Part shown: piece after piece, positions 50,879 through 61,752 of the stretch
Position numbering within the stretch: position 1 is the stretch's first letter
How the letters are laid out: every line of letters begins with the position of its first letter
Origin: Terriglobia bacterium
GTDB lineage: Bacteria; Acidobacteriota; Terriglobia; 2-12-FULL-54-10
DNA: 64,000 nucleotides
Assembly: GCA_963666975.2 (NCBI GenBank)
Contig: CAXVYR010000004.1
Span: 2,016,001-2,080,000, forward strand
Reading direction: 5' to 3'
Notes under the pieces: model-generated
The model's input: only the letters and a program-made list of their open reading frames with translations
What the model was told of the DNA's origin: nothing
The model's database searches: none
Made by a program: the position numbers and the translations under genes

Positions 50879-53564
50879 CAGGAATAAAAACACTGCGCTC
50901 TGCCGGCTCCGAATCCGAACCGGGCAGACGGCGGCGGCTCTTGTCTGTCTGCTGGCGTTGCAAGCGCCGTTGCGGGCAGCGCTCGACGCCGAGAAGACTC
51001 TGCTTGCCAAGGGCCAGTATGAGGAAGCAATCACCCGGTTGGAAGCGGCGGTCTCCCGCGAACCGGACAATTCCGAGGCGGCGGCGCTGCTGCTGGAAGC
51101 GCGTCTGGAGACAGGCGAGTATAGCCGTGCGCTCGAACAGGGAGAGGCGTTCCTGAAGCGCCGGGAAGCAACGGACATCGCCGAAAAGGCTGCCGAAGCC
51201 GCGCTGCGGATTGGAGAGTACGAGCGGGCTGCGGATTTGCTGCGGACGCTCTCCACGCCCCAGGCGTATTGGCTGCGCGGACTCCTGGCCGACAGAAAAG
51301 GCCTGCGGGAGACTGCGCTCGACGCCTGGGAACGCCTTGCCGCCATGGCGCCCGACCCTGCCATTTTCTCCGGCGCGGAGTTGGGCGCCATCGCCGCCGC
51401 TCTGGCTGAGCTCGGCCAGTTTAAGGAGGCGAACCAGGTTTACCGCGAGGCCGTGCGTATAGCGCCCGATCATGCCGGATTAAAAGTCGCCTGGGGCAAT
51501 CTGTTCCTCCAAAAACACAATCCGGGAGAAGCCGGGGGGCTGTATGAAGAGGCCCTGGCGAGCAACGCCAATCATCCCGGCGCACTGGCGGGAATGGCGA
51601 AACGTTCCGCGGGCCGCCAGGAAAGCAAGGCGCAGGAGATGCTGGAGCGCGCCTTGCAGGTGAATCCGAATTTCGCCGAAGCACGGCTGCTGCTGGCCCG
51701 GATGCACCTGGAGCGGGAAGAGTACGGCATCGCCGGCGAGGAATTGGAAAAAACCTTGCGGGTGAACCCGCTTTCGCTCGAGGCGCGGTCCCTGCTCGCG
51801 GTCTCCGCGTATCTCCAAGGCAACTCTGCGACTGTGGAACGGGAATCCATTCCCCGTATTCTCTCCGAGAACCCCGCCTACGGGCAGGTTTTCGCCGACC
51901 TGGGTGATTTCCTCCTGTTGCAGCGCCAGTTTGCCACGGCCGTCGATTTTTACCGCCGCGCCTTGGAGATCGACCCGGACCTGTCGTCGGCGCGGGCAAG
52001 CCTGGGGATCAATCTGTTCCGTCTGGGAAAAGAGCAAGATGCTCGAAACGTTCTGGAAGAGTCGTACCGGCGGGACCCCTACAACGTTTGGACCGTCAAC
52101 ACGCTGCGCCTGATGGACAGCTTCGTCCGCTTTGACGTTTTTGAGACCGAGCATTTCGCCGTCAAGCTCCATAACAAAGAATCGGCGCTCCTCCGTCCCT
52201 ATGTGGAGGATCTGCTGGAAGAAACGCTGGAGGATTTATCCTCGCGGTACGGTTACAAGCCGGACCAGAAGGTCGTCTTTGAGATGTATCCCGACCACGA
52301 AGACTTCGCCGTCCGAACCCTGGGCCTGCCCGGCCTGGGCGCTCTGGGGGCTTCCTTCGGGCCCGTGGTCGCCATGGACAGCCCTTCGGCACGGCCCGCG
52401 GGGACCTTTCACTGGGGGAGCACGCTCTGGCACGAGATGGCTCACGTCATCACGCTCGGCCTCACCTCCAACCGCGTCCCGCGATGGTTCACCGAAGGGC
52501 TTTCGGTTTACGAAGAGAATCAGGCGCGCCCCGGCTGGGGCGATCCCATGAATCCGGCGACTGCCCAGGCGCTGCAACAAAACAAGCTGATGCCGATGGA
52601 GGAACTCAACGGCGCTTTCATCCGCCCCCAGTACCCGGGACAGGTGCAATTCGCTTATTTCCAGGCGGGGATGATCTGCGAGTACATCGTTGCAACATAC
52701 GGTTTCCCCAAGATTCTAGAGATGCTGCACTCCTACGGCGAAGGGAAAAAGGATGCGGCGATCATTGGCGAGGTGCTGGGAACAACCCTGGCCGAGTTTG
52801 ACGCGGATTTTCTCGCCTATGCCAGCGAGCGCACTTTCGGACTGGCGCAGGCCTTTCAGCTGCAAACGGCTCACCCGGATCGAATACCGGGTCACGCGCC
52901 CGGGCAAATGCCGGGCCAAACACCGGACCCATCACCGAACCAATCCGTGGATCAAGTAGTGGATCAGCTTCTCGAAGAAGTGGAACGAAATCCGGACAAC
53001 TTCTTCACCAGGCTGCAACTGGCGGCAGCTTTGAAGAATGGGTCGAAGCTCGAAGAAGCCGCCCTCCATGCGGAGGCGGCCAAAGAACTGTTTCCTCTTT
53101 TTGTCGACCCAGGGAATCCCTACCAGCTTCTGGCGGAGATTTACACGGAGCTGGGACAGAAGGAAAAGGCCGCTACCGAACTGCTGGGTTGGAAAGAAAA
53201 CAGAGGCCGGAACACGGAAGTGTTAAAGGAGCTGGCCGCGCTTTTGAAAGAGCTGGGCCGCACTGCCGAGGCGATCCAAACTCTCGAAGAAGCGCTCTAT
53301 ATATCGCTGTCGGACGTAGAAATTCACGACCGGCTGGGAGAGTGGCATCTGGAGACGGCGAATCCTGAATCGGCCGTGAAAGAATACCGGGCGGTCCTGG
53401 AGCTGGAGCCGGTGGACAAGGCGGGGGCGCATTATCGCCTCGCCAAGGCCTACTGGACGGTGCGGGACAGCCGGAACGCCCGGCAGGAGGTGTTGGCAGC
53501 GCTCGAAATCGCGCCCGGTTATCGCGAGGCACAGAAACTTCTTTTGGAAGTGGTTGGCAAATAG
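50838..53564 (+). CDS. TPR-repeat protein with central gluzincin (peptidase MA-like) domain
   Basis: Many TPRs flanking HEMAH..PRWFTEGL. Confidence 0.85.
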   Translation: MQGKTKTGMARTCSRNKNTALCRLRIRTGQTAAALVCLLALQAPLRAALDAEKTLLAKGQYEEAITRLEAAVSREPDNSEAAALLLEARLETGEYSRALEQGEAFLKRREATDIAEKAAEAALRIGEYERAADLLRTLSTPQAYWLRGLLADRKGLRETALDAWERLAAMAPDPAIFSGAELGAIAAALAELGQFKEANQVYREAVRIAPDHAGLKVAWGNLFLQKHNPGEAGGLYEEALASNANHPGALAGMAKRSAGRQESKAQEMLERALQVNPNFAEARLLLARMHLEREEYGIAGEELEKTLRVNPLSLEARSLLAVSAYLQGNSATVERESIPRILSENPAYGQVFADLGDFLLLQRQFATAVDFYRRALEIDPDLSSARASLGINLFRLGKEQDARNVLEESYRRDPYNVWTVNTLRLMDSFVRFDVFETEHFAVKLHNKESALLRPYVEDLLEETLEDLSSRYGYKPDQKVVFEMYPDHEDFAVRTLGLPGLGALGASFGPVVAMDSPSARPAGTFHWGSTLWHEMAHVITLGLTSNRVPRWFTEGLSVYEENQARPGWGDPMNPATAQALQQNKLMPMEELNGAFIRPQYPGQVQFAYFQAGMICEYIVATYGFPKILEMLHSYGEGKKDAAIIGEVLGTTLAEFDADFLAYASERTFGLAQAFQLQTAHPDRIPGHAPGQMPGQTPDPSPNQSVDQVVDQLLEEVERNPDNFFTRLQLAAALKNGSKLEEAALHAEAAKELFPLFVDPGNPYQLLAEIYTELGQKEKAATELLGWKENRGRNTEVLKELAALLKELGRTAEAIQTLEEALYISLSDVEIHDRLGEWHLETANPESAVKEYRAVLELEPVDKAGAHYRLAKAYWTVRDSRNARQEVLAALEIAPGYREAQKLLLEVVGK

Positions 53565-53591
53565 AAAATTCAAAACAAGGACACCCCAAGC

Positions 53592-54623
53592 ATGTCGCTG
53601 CAATCCATACCGAAAATCGAAGAAGACAACATTCGCGAACATCTGCAAAAGCTCCAGGTATATCGGGACTCGATCCTCCGCCAAGTCCGCCGCACAATCA
53701 TCGGTCAGGATGAGGTGGTCAACCAGGTATTGATCGTGCTGCTGGTGGGAGGCCACACCTTGATTACGGGCCTGCCGGGACTGGCCAAGACGCTGCTGGT
53801 CAAAACGGTTGCGCGCGCCCTGGGTTTGAGCTTCCACAGAATCCAGTTTACGCCGGACCTGATGCCCGCCGACATTACCGGCACCGACATTATCGAGGAA
53901 GACAAGAGCACCGGCCACCGGGCTTGGACCTTTGTGCCCGGACCGATCTTCGCCCAAGTAATTCTGGCCGACGAGATCAACCGCACGCCGCCGAAAACCC
54001 AGGCGGCGCTGCTCGAGGCGATGCAGGAGGGGAACGTCACGGTTTTGGGCAAGACCTACCCGCTGGAGCCGCCCTTCTTCGTGCTGGCCACCCAGAACCC
54101 CATTGAACTGGAGGGAACCTATCCGCTGCCGGAAGCGCAACTCGACCGCTTTATGTTCAACATCATTATTGATTACATGAACGAGGAGGAAGAACTGCAA
54201 GTGGTCAACGCCACAACTTCCACCGAGACGGCCTCGGTGGAAGCCGTCACCAGCGCCACCGAAGTCTTGCTGTTCCAGCAACTGATCCGCAAGGTTCCCA
54301 TTGCGGAGAGTGTGAGCCGCTACGCGGTGCAACTGGCGCGGGCCACCCGTCCCGGAAACGCGGCTGCGCCCGACTTCATCAAGCAATATGTCAACTATGG
54401 CGTCAGCGTCCGTGCCGCGCAGTATCTGGTTCTGGCGGGGAAAGCGCGCGCGCTGCTGGAAGGCCGTTACAACGTCTCCTGCAAGGACATTCAGCGGCTG
54501 GCCTTCCCCATCATGCGCCATCGTATCCTGACTAATTTTCATGCCGAGTCGGACGGCATCAACTCAGAGGAGATTATTCGCCGCTTGATCGAGAGCGTAC
54601 CGCAACCTCAGTCGGGGTTATGA
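53592..54623 (+). CDS. moxR: MoxR-family AAA+ ATPase
   Basis: GLPGLAKT, RIQFTPDLMPADI, DEINR, ATQNPIE, LPEAQLDRF. Confidence 0.95.
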   Translation: MSLQSIPKIEEDNIREHLQKLQVYRDSILRQVRRTIIGQDEVVNQVLIVLLVGGHTLITGLPGLAKTLLVKTVARALGLSFHRIQFTPDLMPADITGTDIIEEDKSTGHRAWTFVPGPIFAQVILADEINRTPPKTQAALLEAMQEGNVTVLGKTYPLEPPFFVLATQNPIELEGTYPLPEAQLDRFMFNIIIDYMNEEEELQVVNATTSTETASVEAVTSATEVLLFQQLIRKVPIAESVSRYAVQLARATRPGNAAAPDFIKQYVNYGVSVRAAQYLVLAGKARALLEGRYNVSCKDIQRLAFPIMRHRILTNFHAESDGINSEEIIRRLIESVPQPQSGL

Positions 54624-54651
54624 CGGCGGCCCGTTCCACTCGGAATTCATT

Positions 54652-55578
54652 ATGGCTGCACCGGCACAACGGTTCCTGGACCCTAAAGTCTTAGCAAGGA
54701 TTTCGGACCTGCAATTGATCGCCAAGACCGTGGTGGCGGGATTCCTTACGGGCCTGCACCGCTCTCCTTATCACGGCGTCAGCATCGATTTCGCCGAGTA
54801 CCGCCCTTACACCCACGGGGACGACCCGCGGGCGGTGGACTGGAACGTCTATGCGCGGACCGACCGCTACTACATCAAGAAGTATCACGGGGAGACGAAC
54901 ACGGAGATTCATATCGTGCTCGATTCCAGCGCGTCCATGGGTTACAAATCAGGGGGATACAAATCGGGGGACAGCAAATCCGGCAACCTGACTAAATTCG
55001 AGTACGGCTGCTACCTGGCCGCCTCCCTGGCGTTTTTCGCCTCGCACCAGCGTGACGCGGTAGGACTGCTGCTTTTCGACACCCAGATCAGGCAGAGCAT
55101 CCCGGCCCGCGCCCGTCCCGGACAACTGGCGTGGATTCTCCATGAGCTCGACCGCGCGCGGCCCGCGAAGGGCACGGAGTTCTCCGGGCCTCTCCAAGAG
55201 GTCGCTCGCTTTATCCGGAAGCGCGGCGTGGTGGTCCTGATCTCGGATTTCATGGAGAGCCCGGAGCAGGTGCTCCGCGCCGTGCGGGAACTGCAATTTG
55301 AAGGAAACGACATCATCCTCTTCCATGTTCTGGACCCTGGGGAACTGGAATTCGAGCTGGACACGGCGGTCCTGCTGGAGGATATGGAGACCTCCGAGAA
55401 GCTGGAGGTGATTCCGGAGTACGTGGCCGAGCAATACCGGAAGCTGCTCCAGGAACACATTCGGGAACTTCGCCATGCTTGCCGCTCCGCCCGGATCGAT
55501 TACGAGTTGATGAACACGGGCCGTCCTCTGGACCACGCCTTGTTCAGCTACCTCTCGATGAGACAGAGAAGGATGTGA
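54652..55578 (+). CDS. DUF58 VWA-like protein
   Basis: GLHRS, FAEYRPY..GDD, DSSASM, ISDF. Confidence 0.92.
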   Translation: MAAPAQRFLDPKVLARISDLQLIAKTVVAGFLTGLHRSPYHGVSIDFAEYRPYTHGDDPRAVDWNVYARTDRYYIKKYHGETNTEIHIVLDSSASMGYKSGGYKSGDSKSGNLTKFEYGCYLAASLAFFASHQRDAVGLLLFDTQIRQSIPARARPGQLAWILHELDRARPAKGTEFSGPLQEVARFIRKRGVVVLISDFMESPEQVLRAVRELQFEGNDIILFHVLDPGELEFELDTAVLLEDMETSEKLEVIPEYVAEQYRKLLQEHIRELRHACRSARIDYELMNTGRPLDHALFSYLSMRQRRM

Positions 55579-55581
55579 ATC

Positions 55582-57681
55582 GTGGGACTTCTTTCACCCT
55601 GGTTTTTGCTGGGCGCGCTGGCAGTGGGTGTTCCAATCTGGCTGCACCTGATTCGCCATGAGCAGGCGATTCGAATCCCGTTCAGTTCGCTGATGTTTTT
55701 CCGCCGCATCCCCAGGAAATCCGTCTCCCGGCAGCGGCTGAAATACCTACTGCTTCTGGCCACGCGCATCCTGGTTATTTTGCTGATTGTTTTGGCTTTC
55801 GCGCACCCTTATTTCCCGGGAGCCGCCCGGTTTCTCGCCGGGGGGGCGGACGGAAAGTATGTTGTTGTTTTGCTGGATACCTCGCTGAGCATGCAGCATG
55901 GGGACCGCTGGCAACGGGCGCTTGCTGCCGCCCGGGATGCGGTCGCGGGGCTCGCCGAGCAGGACCAGGCGCAGATCGTCACCTTTTCTTCCGGTTCCAA
56001 CATTTTGAACTTACCCTCTTCCGACAAGGCGGCTTTGCGGGCGGTTTTGGACGGCGTCGAGTCTCCCACCGCATCCACAACTTCTTACGCTCAAGCCTTC
56101 CGGGCCGTTGACAGAATCGCCGAAGACGCCGGACGCCCCGTATCGGTGGTTCTCATCTCCGACCTGCAAAAATCCGGCGTGGAACAGCAACAACACCGCT
56201 TGCAGGCTCCTTTGGCGGAGGCGCCGAAACTGGTGGACGTGGGCGGCGGGACGTCTCCCAACTGGACCGTGGAGGGTATCCGCAGCCGCAGAGTGATTTA
56301 TCAGGGCAACTATCCGGACCGGCTCCTGGTCCAAATTCGCGGATTCGATTCGCCCGCGGCATCCAAAGAAGTGGCCTTGTCGGTGAGCGGGAAATTGATA
56401 CAAAGCAAAACGGTTCCCATCCCTGCTTCCGGCATCGCCACCGTGGCCTTCGAGGGGTTCGACGTCCCCACCGGGAACAACAAAGGAGAAATCCGTATCA
56501 CCCCTTCCGACGATCTGGCCGTGGACGACGCCTTTCACTTTACTCTGGAGCGCCGCAATCCCAACCGCATCTTATTTATTCAAGACGGCAGGGAAAACCG
56601 TGAGTTATACTACTTTCGGACGGCTCTGGCAGCGGAACCGGATTCTCCTTTTCGGATTGAGGCGCGGACTCCTGCGCAGGCAGCATCGCAAGACTTAGGA
56701 AACTATGCGATGGTAGTGCTTAGCAATGTCGCAAATCTTCCCGGCTCTCTGGCGTCGGATCTGGCCAGCTTCGTCCAAGCCGGCGGGGGCGCGTTTTTTA
56801 CGATGGGCACCCGTTTCCCGGCTCCGTCGCTTGAAAACCAGTTGAGCGAACTTTGGCCGGGAAAAAGCATTGCGAAGCAAGTGATGACGCGGGACGGCGA
56901 GAGGCTGATTCTGGTGGGAGAATTTGACGAGCAACATCCGTTGTTCCGGGAATTTCAGCAGGCGGGGGCGGAATCTTTGCGGGCGGCTGAAATATACGCT
57001 TACGTCCGCGTTCAGCCTCAGGGCGAGGTGCTGCTGCGGTTTGCCAACGGCGACCCGGCGCTTCTCGAAAAACAGTACGGAAGAGGGCGTGTCTTGCTGT
57101 TCACCTCTTCTTTTGACAATGTGTGGAGCGACTTCCCGCTGCACCCGGCCTTCATTCCGTTGGTTCATCAGTTGGCCCGTTACACGACCCAACTGCCGGA
57201 TGAACCGCCTGCCCATTCGATTCCGACGACCGTCTCGCTCAACGACTACGCTACGGGACGGCAAGAGACGACCCGGGCGGGGACATGGAATGTGATCGGT
57301 CCGGATGGAAAACGAGAGGTGCCCTTGGCGGAGGAGTTGCGGCCCGACTTCCTTGTTTTGCGGCAGCCTGGATTCTATGAAGTCCGCCGGGAGGAAAGTT
57401 CGCATTTGATCGCCGCCAATACAGACCCGAGGGAGTCGGACCTGACCCCTCTCGCCCCGGAAGACCGGGCGTTCTGGACAGCCAGTTACCAAGAGGGACA
57501 GGAGGCCACCGGCGCTTCCGCCGGCCCGGAGCTTGCCCAGCGGCAAAAGGTTTGGTGGTATGTGCTGCTGCTGGCTCTTCTGGTAGCGGTGGCGGAAGCC
57601 TGTCTGGCAAATCAATATCTGGGTGCGCAGAGGACGGCCCTATCTCCGGGAAAAACCCAGGGGGAGTCTTATGCCGGCTAA
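55582..57681 (+). CDS. BatA-type N-terminal double-TM plus VWA domain protein
   Basis: PIWLHL..FSSLMF, DTSLSM, ISD, C-terminal TM. Confidence 0.88.
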   Translation: MGLLSPWFLLGALAVGVPIWLHLIRHEQAIRIPFSSLMFFRRIPRKSVSRQRLKYLLLLATRILVILLIVLAFAHPYFPGAARFLAGGADGKYVVVLLDTSLSMQHGDRWQRALAAARDAVAGLAEQDQAQIVTFSSGSNILNLPSSDKAALRAVLDGVESPTASTTSYAQAFRAVDRIAEDAGRPVSVVLISDLQKSGVEQQQHRLQAPLAEAPKLVDVGGGTSPNWTVEGIRSRRVIYQGNYPDRLLVQIRGFDSPAASKEVALSVSGKLIQSKTVPIPASGIATVAFEGFDVPTGNNKGEIRITPSDDLAVDDAFHFTLERRNPNRILFIQDGRENRELYYFRTALAAEPDSPFRIEARTPAQAASQDLGNYAMVVLSNVANLPGSLASDLASFVQAGGGAFFTMGTRFPAPSLENQLSELWPGKSIAKQVMTRDGERLILVGEFDEQHPLFREFQQAGAESLRAAEIYAYVRVQPQGEVLLRFANGDPALLEKQYGRGRVLLFTSSFDNVWSDFPLHPAFIPLVHQLARYTTQLPDEPPAHSIPTTVSLNDYATGRQETTRAGTWNVIGPDGKREVPLAEELRPDFLVLRQPGFYEVRREESSHLIAANTDPRESDLTPLAPEDRAFWTASYQEGQEATGASAGPELAQRQKVWWYVLLLALLVAVAEACLANQYLGAQRTALSPGKTQGESYAG

Positions 57682-60600
57682 AGAATATCTCCGAAACTAC
57701 CTGCGCACGGTGCGCCGCCGTTTGCGGCTGGAGGCGGCTGCCCGCGGGCTGGCTGTCTGCGGCCTGGCGGCTTTACTGCTGACGGTGGCGACGGTATGGC
57801 TGAGTGACGCCTGGAGGTTCTCAGACGCCATCATCACTTTTTCGAGGATCGTTCTGTTGCTGGGCACCGGCCTGGCGCTGGCGGTGTTCCTGGTGCGTCC
57901 GTTGCTGCGCCGTCTCAATGACGCCCGCATTGCGCGCTTCGTCGAGGAGAAGCAGCCACGGTTCCAGGACCGCCTCGTCACGGCTGTGGACATGGAAGAC
58001 AAGCTGCCACAAGAGAACAGCTCCCGCCTCTTCCGGGAATTGGTGGCGGAAGACGCTCTGGCGGAGACCGCCACGGCGCCCCCGGCCGGGCTGGTTCAAA
58101 CCAGCCGGATTCTGCGGCCTTTGTTCTTTGCGGCAACTTCTGTCGCAGTTCTGCTTCTGCTCTCTTTCTTTGGGCCTGGCTTTTTCCGCTACGGCGCGAA
58201 TATTCTGTGGATGGGATGGGCTCAAGATAACGTGCAGGCTCTCTACGAATGGGAGATATTGCCCGGCGACCTGGTGGTGGGACGAAACTCGGATCAAGAA
58301 GTGGCCGCCTTTCCCGTCGGCTTCCATCCCGGGACGGCGCGCTTTTTCGCCCTCTATGAGAGCGATGCCGACTGGGACTCCGCTGCGATGCTCCCGGAGG
58401 AACAAGGCGGAGGCTTCCAGTTCCTTCTGATGAATATTCGGGAGCCCGTCCAATACTACGTGGAAGCCGACGGGGTTCGCTCGCCACAATTCACGATCTC
58501 CGTTACGGACGTGCCCCGCGTGGAACGCATGGAGATCACCTACCACTACCCGGCCTATACGGGCATGCGGGACACGGTGGAAACCGAGGGGGGCGACATC
58601 ATCGCATTGCGCGGCACTACCGTCACCCTGGTTGCCTACACGGACGTGCCGGCCACGGGCGGTCAGATGGTCTTTGATGACGGGACCAGCATGGACCTGA
58701 AACCTTTGGGAGAGCGTGAACTGGAGGCAACGCTGGAAATTTCCCGCGACTCGTTTTATCACATCCGTCTGCGGGACCATCTGGGCAAGCAAGCGCGCGC
58801 CACCCATGAGTACCTGATTCAGGCGCTCGCGGATTCTCCGCCCACCCTGCGGCTCAGCCGCCCCGGACGCGACATGCAGCCGAATCCGATTGAGGAGGTC
58901 GTCACGGAATTTGAAGCGGAAGATGACGTCCGGCTGGCCGCGATGGAACTGCACTATTTCGTCAACGGCGGCCCGGAACAAACCGCGGTTCTCAGCCAGG
59001 GAGGCCGGAACCGGCAAGTTTCAGCGGACCACACCTTGTTCCTGGAGAACTTCCAATTGATCCCCGGCGATTTAGTTTCTTTCTATGGCGTCGCCAAGGA
59101 TGCAGCGGCCAACCTCACCCAGACGGAGATGTTCTTCCTGCAAGTGCGTCCCTTCGAAAAATCCTACCGGCAGTCTCAGGCAGGCGGAGGCGGCGGCGGG
59201 GGAGGCGGCGAGATGGACAACACGTTCCTCTCCGAGCGGCAGAAGGAAGTGATCTCGGCCACATGGAACGTGATCCGGAAGAAAGATCAGCAGCGGGCGG
59301 ATGCCACTGCGGAAGAAGCGGAGATGTTGTCTTCCGTCCAGCGCACCCTGAAGGAACAGGCGGAGACTTTGGCCTCCCGGGTGAGCCGGCGGCAGCTCGG
59401 CGGCGTCAATGAGGAGTTCGGCAAGCTGGTCGAGAATTTGAAAAAAGCGGCGGAGTCGATGGCGCCCGCTGCCGACTTTTTGGAGAAACAGGAATTCCGT
59501 GAGGCTCTTTCTCCGGAACAAACGGCTCTCCAGCATTTAATGCGGGCTGAAGCGCTGTATCGCGAGATTCAGGTGGCTTTTGGAAGCCAGGGCGGAGGCC
59601 GTGGAGGCGCCGGAAACTCCGGGCGGGACTTGGCCGACTTGTTCGATTTGGAGCTGGACACCGACAAAAACCAATATGAAATGCTGCAAGAGCGCGGGCG
59701 CAGCCAAAACAACGCGGAACTGGATGACGTGATGCGCAAGCTGAAGGAACTGGCCCGCCGCCAGGAGGAACTGGCCCGGCGCGAACCGGAGAAGCCCAAG
59801 GATTCCATGCGCGCTGCCAAACGTTGGGAACAGGAGATGCTGCGGCGGGAAGCCGAAGACCTGGCGCGCCGCCTGGAGCAGTTATCCCGGGAGTCCAACT
59901 CTTCCCAGATGGCTCAGGCCAGCAAAGCGCTCTCGCAGGCTGCGCGAGACATGCAGCAGGCGGGAAGCCAGCAAGGCTCCGACAACCGCTCGGAAACGGC
60001 TCGCGCCCTGGAGCGGATTCGCGAGGCGAACGATCTGCTTTCCGGCCAGCAACGGCAGTGGGACGAGCAATTGATGCAGCGTTTGGCAGATAACACCGAT
60101 CAGGTGGTCCGCCAGCAAGCAAAGATCACCGAGGATATCGACGGCGCTGCCGGGCGGCTGGGCAACGAAGAGCGCGTGGAGGCCGGGCTGGAAACGCTGC
60201 GCGAGGTGATGAAGGACAAGGCCGAACTGCTGGAGTCGCTCGGGAATCTCGAACGGCAAATCAACGAAGCAGCCCAGCGCATGGCTGCCAGCCAGCGGAA
60301 GGCCGCCCAAAAACTGCGTGGCGCCTCCTCCATGATTCAGGAGGAGCGCATGGGAGACAAACTCCGCCAGGGCGCCTGGCTGGCAAGGCGGGGGATGTGG
60401 CCGATGGCGGCCACGCGGGAAAAAGAGTTGCAGGCCAACACGGAGCAGTTGCGGGACCGCGTGAGAGATGCCCAGAATTCTCTGGAACAGCCGGGATCGG
60501 ACGAGAATCTAAAACAGGCTCTGCGGGCTGCCGAACAACTGCGGCAGGAGCTGGAATCCCTGGAGCGGCAGCAAAGGCGCTCGCCCGGCAACTCCGAAAA

Positions 60601-61171
60601 CCGTGAAGGACAACAGGGCAGGCAAGGTTCAGAAGGACAAGGTTCGGAAGACCAAGGTTCGCAGGCAAGGGGAGGCCAGCAAGCCGGAGAAGGTTCCATG
60701 GGCCGGGCCGGCGGAAGCCCCTTGGGAGGCCGGAGAGACAGCCGGTCTCGAGCCGCTGGAGGAGCAGCAGGACGCTACCGCGGGGACGAAGCTTGGAACC
60801 GAGGAGACTACCGGCCGTTGCCCCCGCAGGAACAAAGGCAAATCGACCGGCAGTACCGGGAACTGACCCAAGAAGCCTCCGAGTTGCGGCAGTTGTTCTC
60901 CGAAGACCCGGAGTTCGACAACATAGTCCGGGACTTGATCAGCTCCATGCAGAATCTGGACAGGGGAAGATTCCCCGGCAATCCCGGGGAGCTGGAGCGC
61001 CTGCGGGCGGGCCTCATCGACCGTTGGAAGGAATTGGAGTTGCGCCTCAGCCGCCAGCTCCAGATGGATCAATCCGGCGCGGTGCGGCTGAGCGGCCTGG
61101 AGCGGATTCCGGAAAGATACCGTTCCATCCTGGAGGAATACTACCGTTCCATCTCCCGTGGCGAACGCTAG
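57671..61171 (+). CDS. Large membrane-anchored Ig-like/coiled-coil protein (DUF4175-like)
   Basis: Three N-terminal TMs, YPAYTG, long Q/E/R-rich coiled coils, C-terminal PERYRSILEEYYRSI. Confidence 0.85.
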   Translation: MPAKEYLRNYLRTVRRRLRLEAAARGLAVCGLAALLLTVATVWLSDAWRFSDAIITFSRIVLLLGTGLALAVFLVRPLLRRLNDARIARFVEEKQPRFQDRLVTAVDMEDKLPQENSSRLFRELVAEDALAETATAPPAGLVQTSRILRPLFFAATSVAVLLLLSFFGPGFFRYGANILWMGWAQDNVQALYEWEILPGDLVVGRNSDQEVAAFPVGFHPGTARFFALYESDADWDSAAMLPEEQGGGFQFLLMNIREPVQYYVEADGVRSPQFTISVTDVPRVERMEITYHYPAYTGMRDTVETEGGDIIALRGTTVTLVAYTDVPATGGQMVFDDGTSMDLKPLGERELEATLEISRDSFYHIRLRDHLGKQARATHEYLIQALADSPPTLRLSRPGRDMQPNPIEEVVTEFEAEDDVRLAAMELHYFVNGGPEQTAVLSQGGRNRQVSADHTLFLENFQLIPGDLVSFYGVAKDAAANLTQTEMFFLQVRPFEKSYRQSQAGGGGGGGGGEMDNTFLSERQKEVISATWNVIRKKDQQRADATAEEAEMLSSVQRTLKEQAETLASRVSRRQLGGVNEEFGKLVENLKKAAESMAPAADFLEKQEFREALSPEQTALQHLMRAEALYREIQVAFGSQGGGRGGAGNSGRDLADLFDLELDTDKNQYEMLQERGRSQNNAELDDVMRKLKELARRQEELARREPEKPKDSMRAAKRWEQEMLRREAEDLARRLEQLSRESNSSQMAQASKALSQAARDMQQAGSQQGSDNRSETARALERIREANDLLSGQQRQWDEQLMQRLADNTDQVVRQQAKITEDIDGAAGRLGNEERVEAGLETLREVMKDKAELLESLGNLERQINEAAQRMAASQRKAAQKLRGASSMIQEERMGDKLRQGAWLARRGMWPMAATREKELQANTEQLRDRVRDAQNSLEQPGSDENLKQALRAAEQLRQELESLERQQRRSPGNSENREGQQGRQGSEGQGSEDQGSQARGGQQAGEGSMGRAGGSPLGGRRDSRSRAAGGAAGRYRGDEAWNRGDYRPLPPQEQRQIDRQYRELTQEASELRQLFSEDPEFDNIVRDLISSMQNLDRGRFPGNPGELERLRAGLIDRWKELELRLSRQLQMDQSGAVRLSGLERIPERYRSILEEYYRSISRGER

Positions 61172-61276
61172 CCTTCCTGCGTTATACTCTTGCTTTCGCT
61201 GGCCCGGTTCGCGAAGGGTTTCGTTTGACTTCGTCTAAGAGTCCGGAACGGAAAATCCCAACAAGCGGTTCTTTAC

Positions 61277-61654
61277 GTGGAAAAAAAACAACCTGAACAG
61301 CCGAACCAGACAGACACAAACACAAACATCGAAAGGCGCAGGCAAAAGCGTGTTCCTTTAGATATACTTTTGCACTGCCAATCGGCCCAGACGCTGATTG
61401 AAGGCAAGACGGAAAATATCAGCATCAGCGGCATCCTGGTCCGGACGGAGAAGACGCTCCCAGAGGGTGAGGAGATTGATCTTTTCTTCACCGTGCCCGG
61501 CATGACGCAAGGGATCCAGGCACAGGGGCGAGTGGCGCATGTAGTGCCCGGCGCGTTCATGGGCGTGCAATTCGTGAATCTTTCACCGGAATCCACCCAG
61601 CAGATCGAGCAGTACGTAGCCGCGCAATCGGACCCGGAAGCGGGCCAGGCCTAA
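61277..61654 (+). CDS. PilZ-domain c-di-GMP receptor
   Basis: RxxxR (RRQKR) and NxSxxG (NISISG), GVQF. Confidence 0.88.
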   Translation: MEKKQPEQPNQTDTNTNIERRRQKRVPLDILLHCQSAQTLIEGKTENISISGILVRTEKTLPEGEEIDLFFTVPGMTQGIQAQGRVAHVVPGAFMGVQFVNLSPESTQQIEQYVAAQSDPEAGQA

Positions 61655-61752
61655 TTCAAAAAAGCTGAACCATGCTTCCGGAACCTTTACCGCTATGCGA
61701 TGCCGGCCATGAAAGTCCCTCCTGGAGACTATCCTCCCCCGGTTGAGATAAC

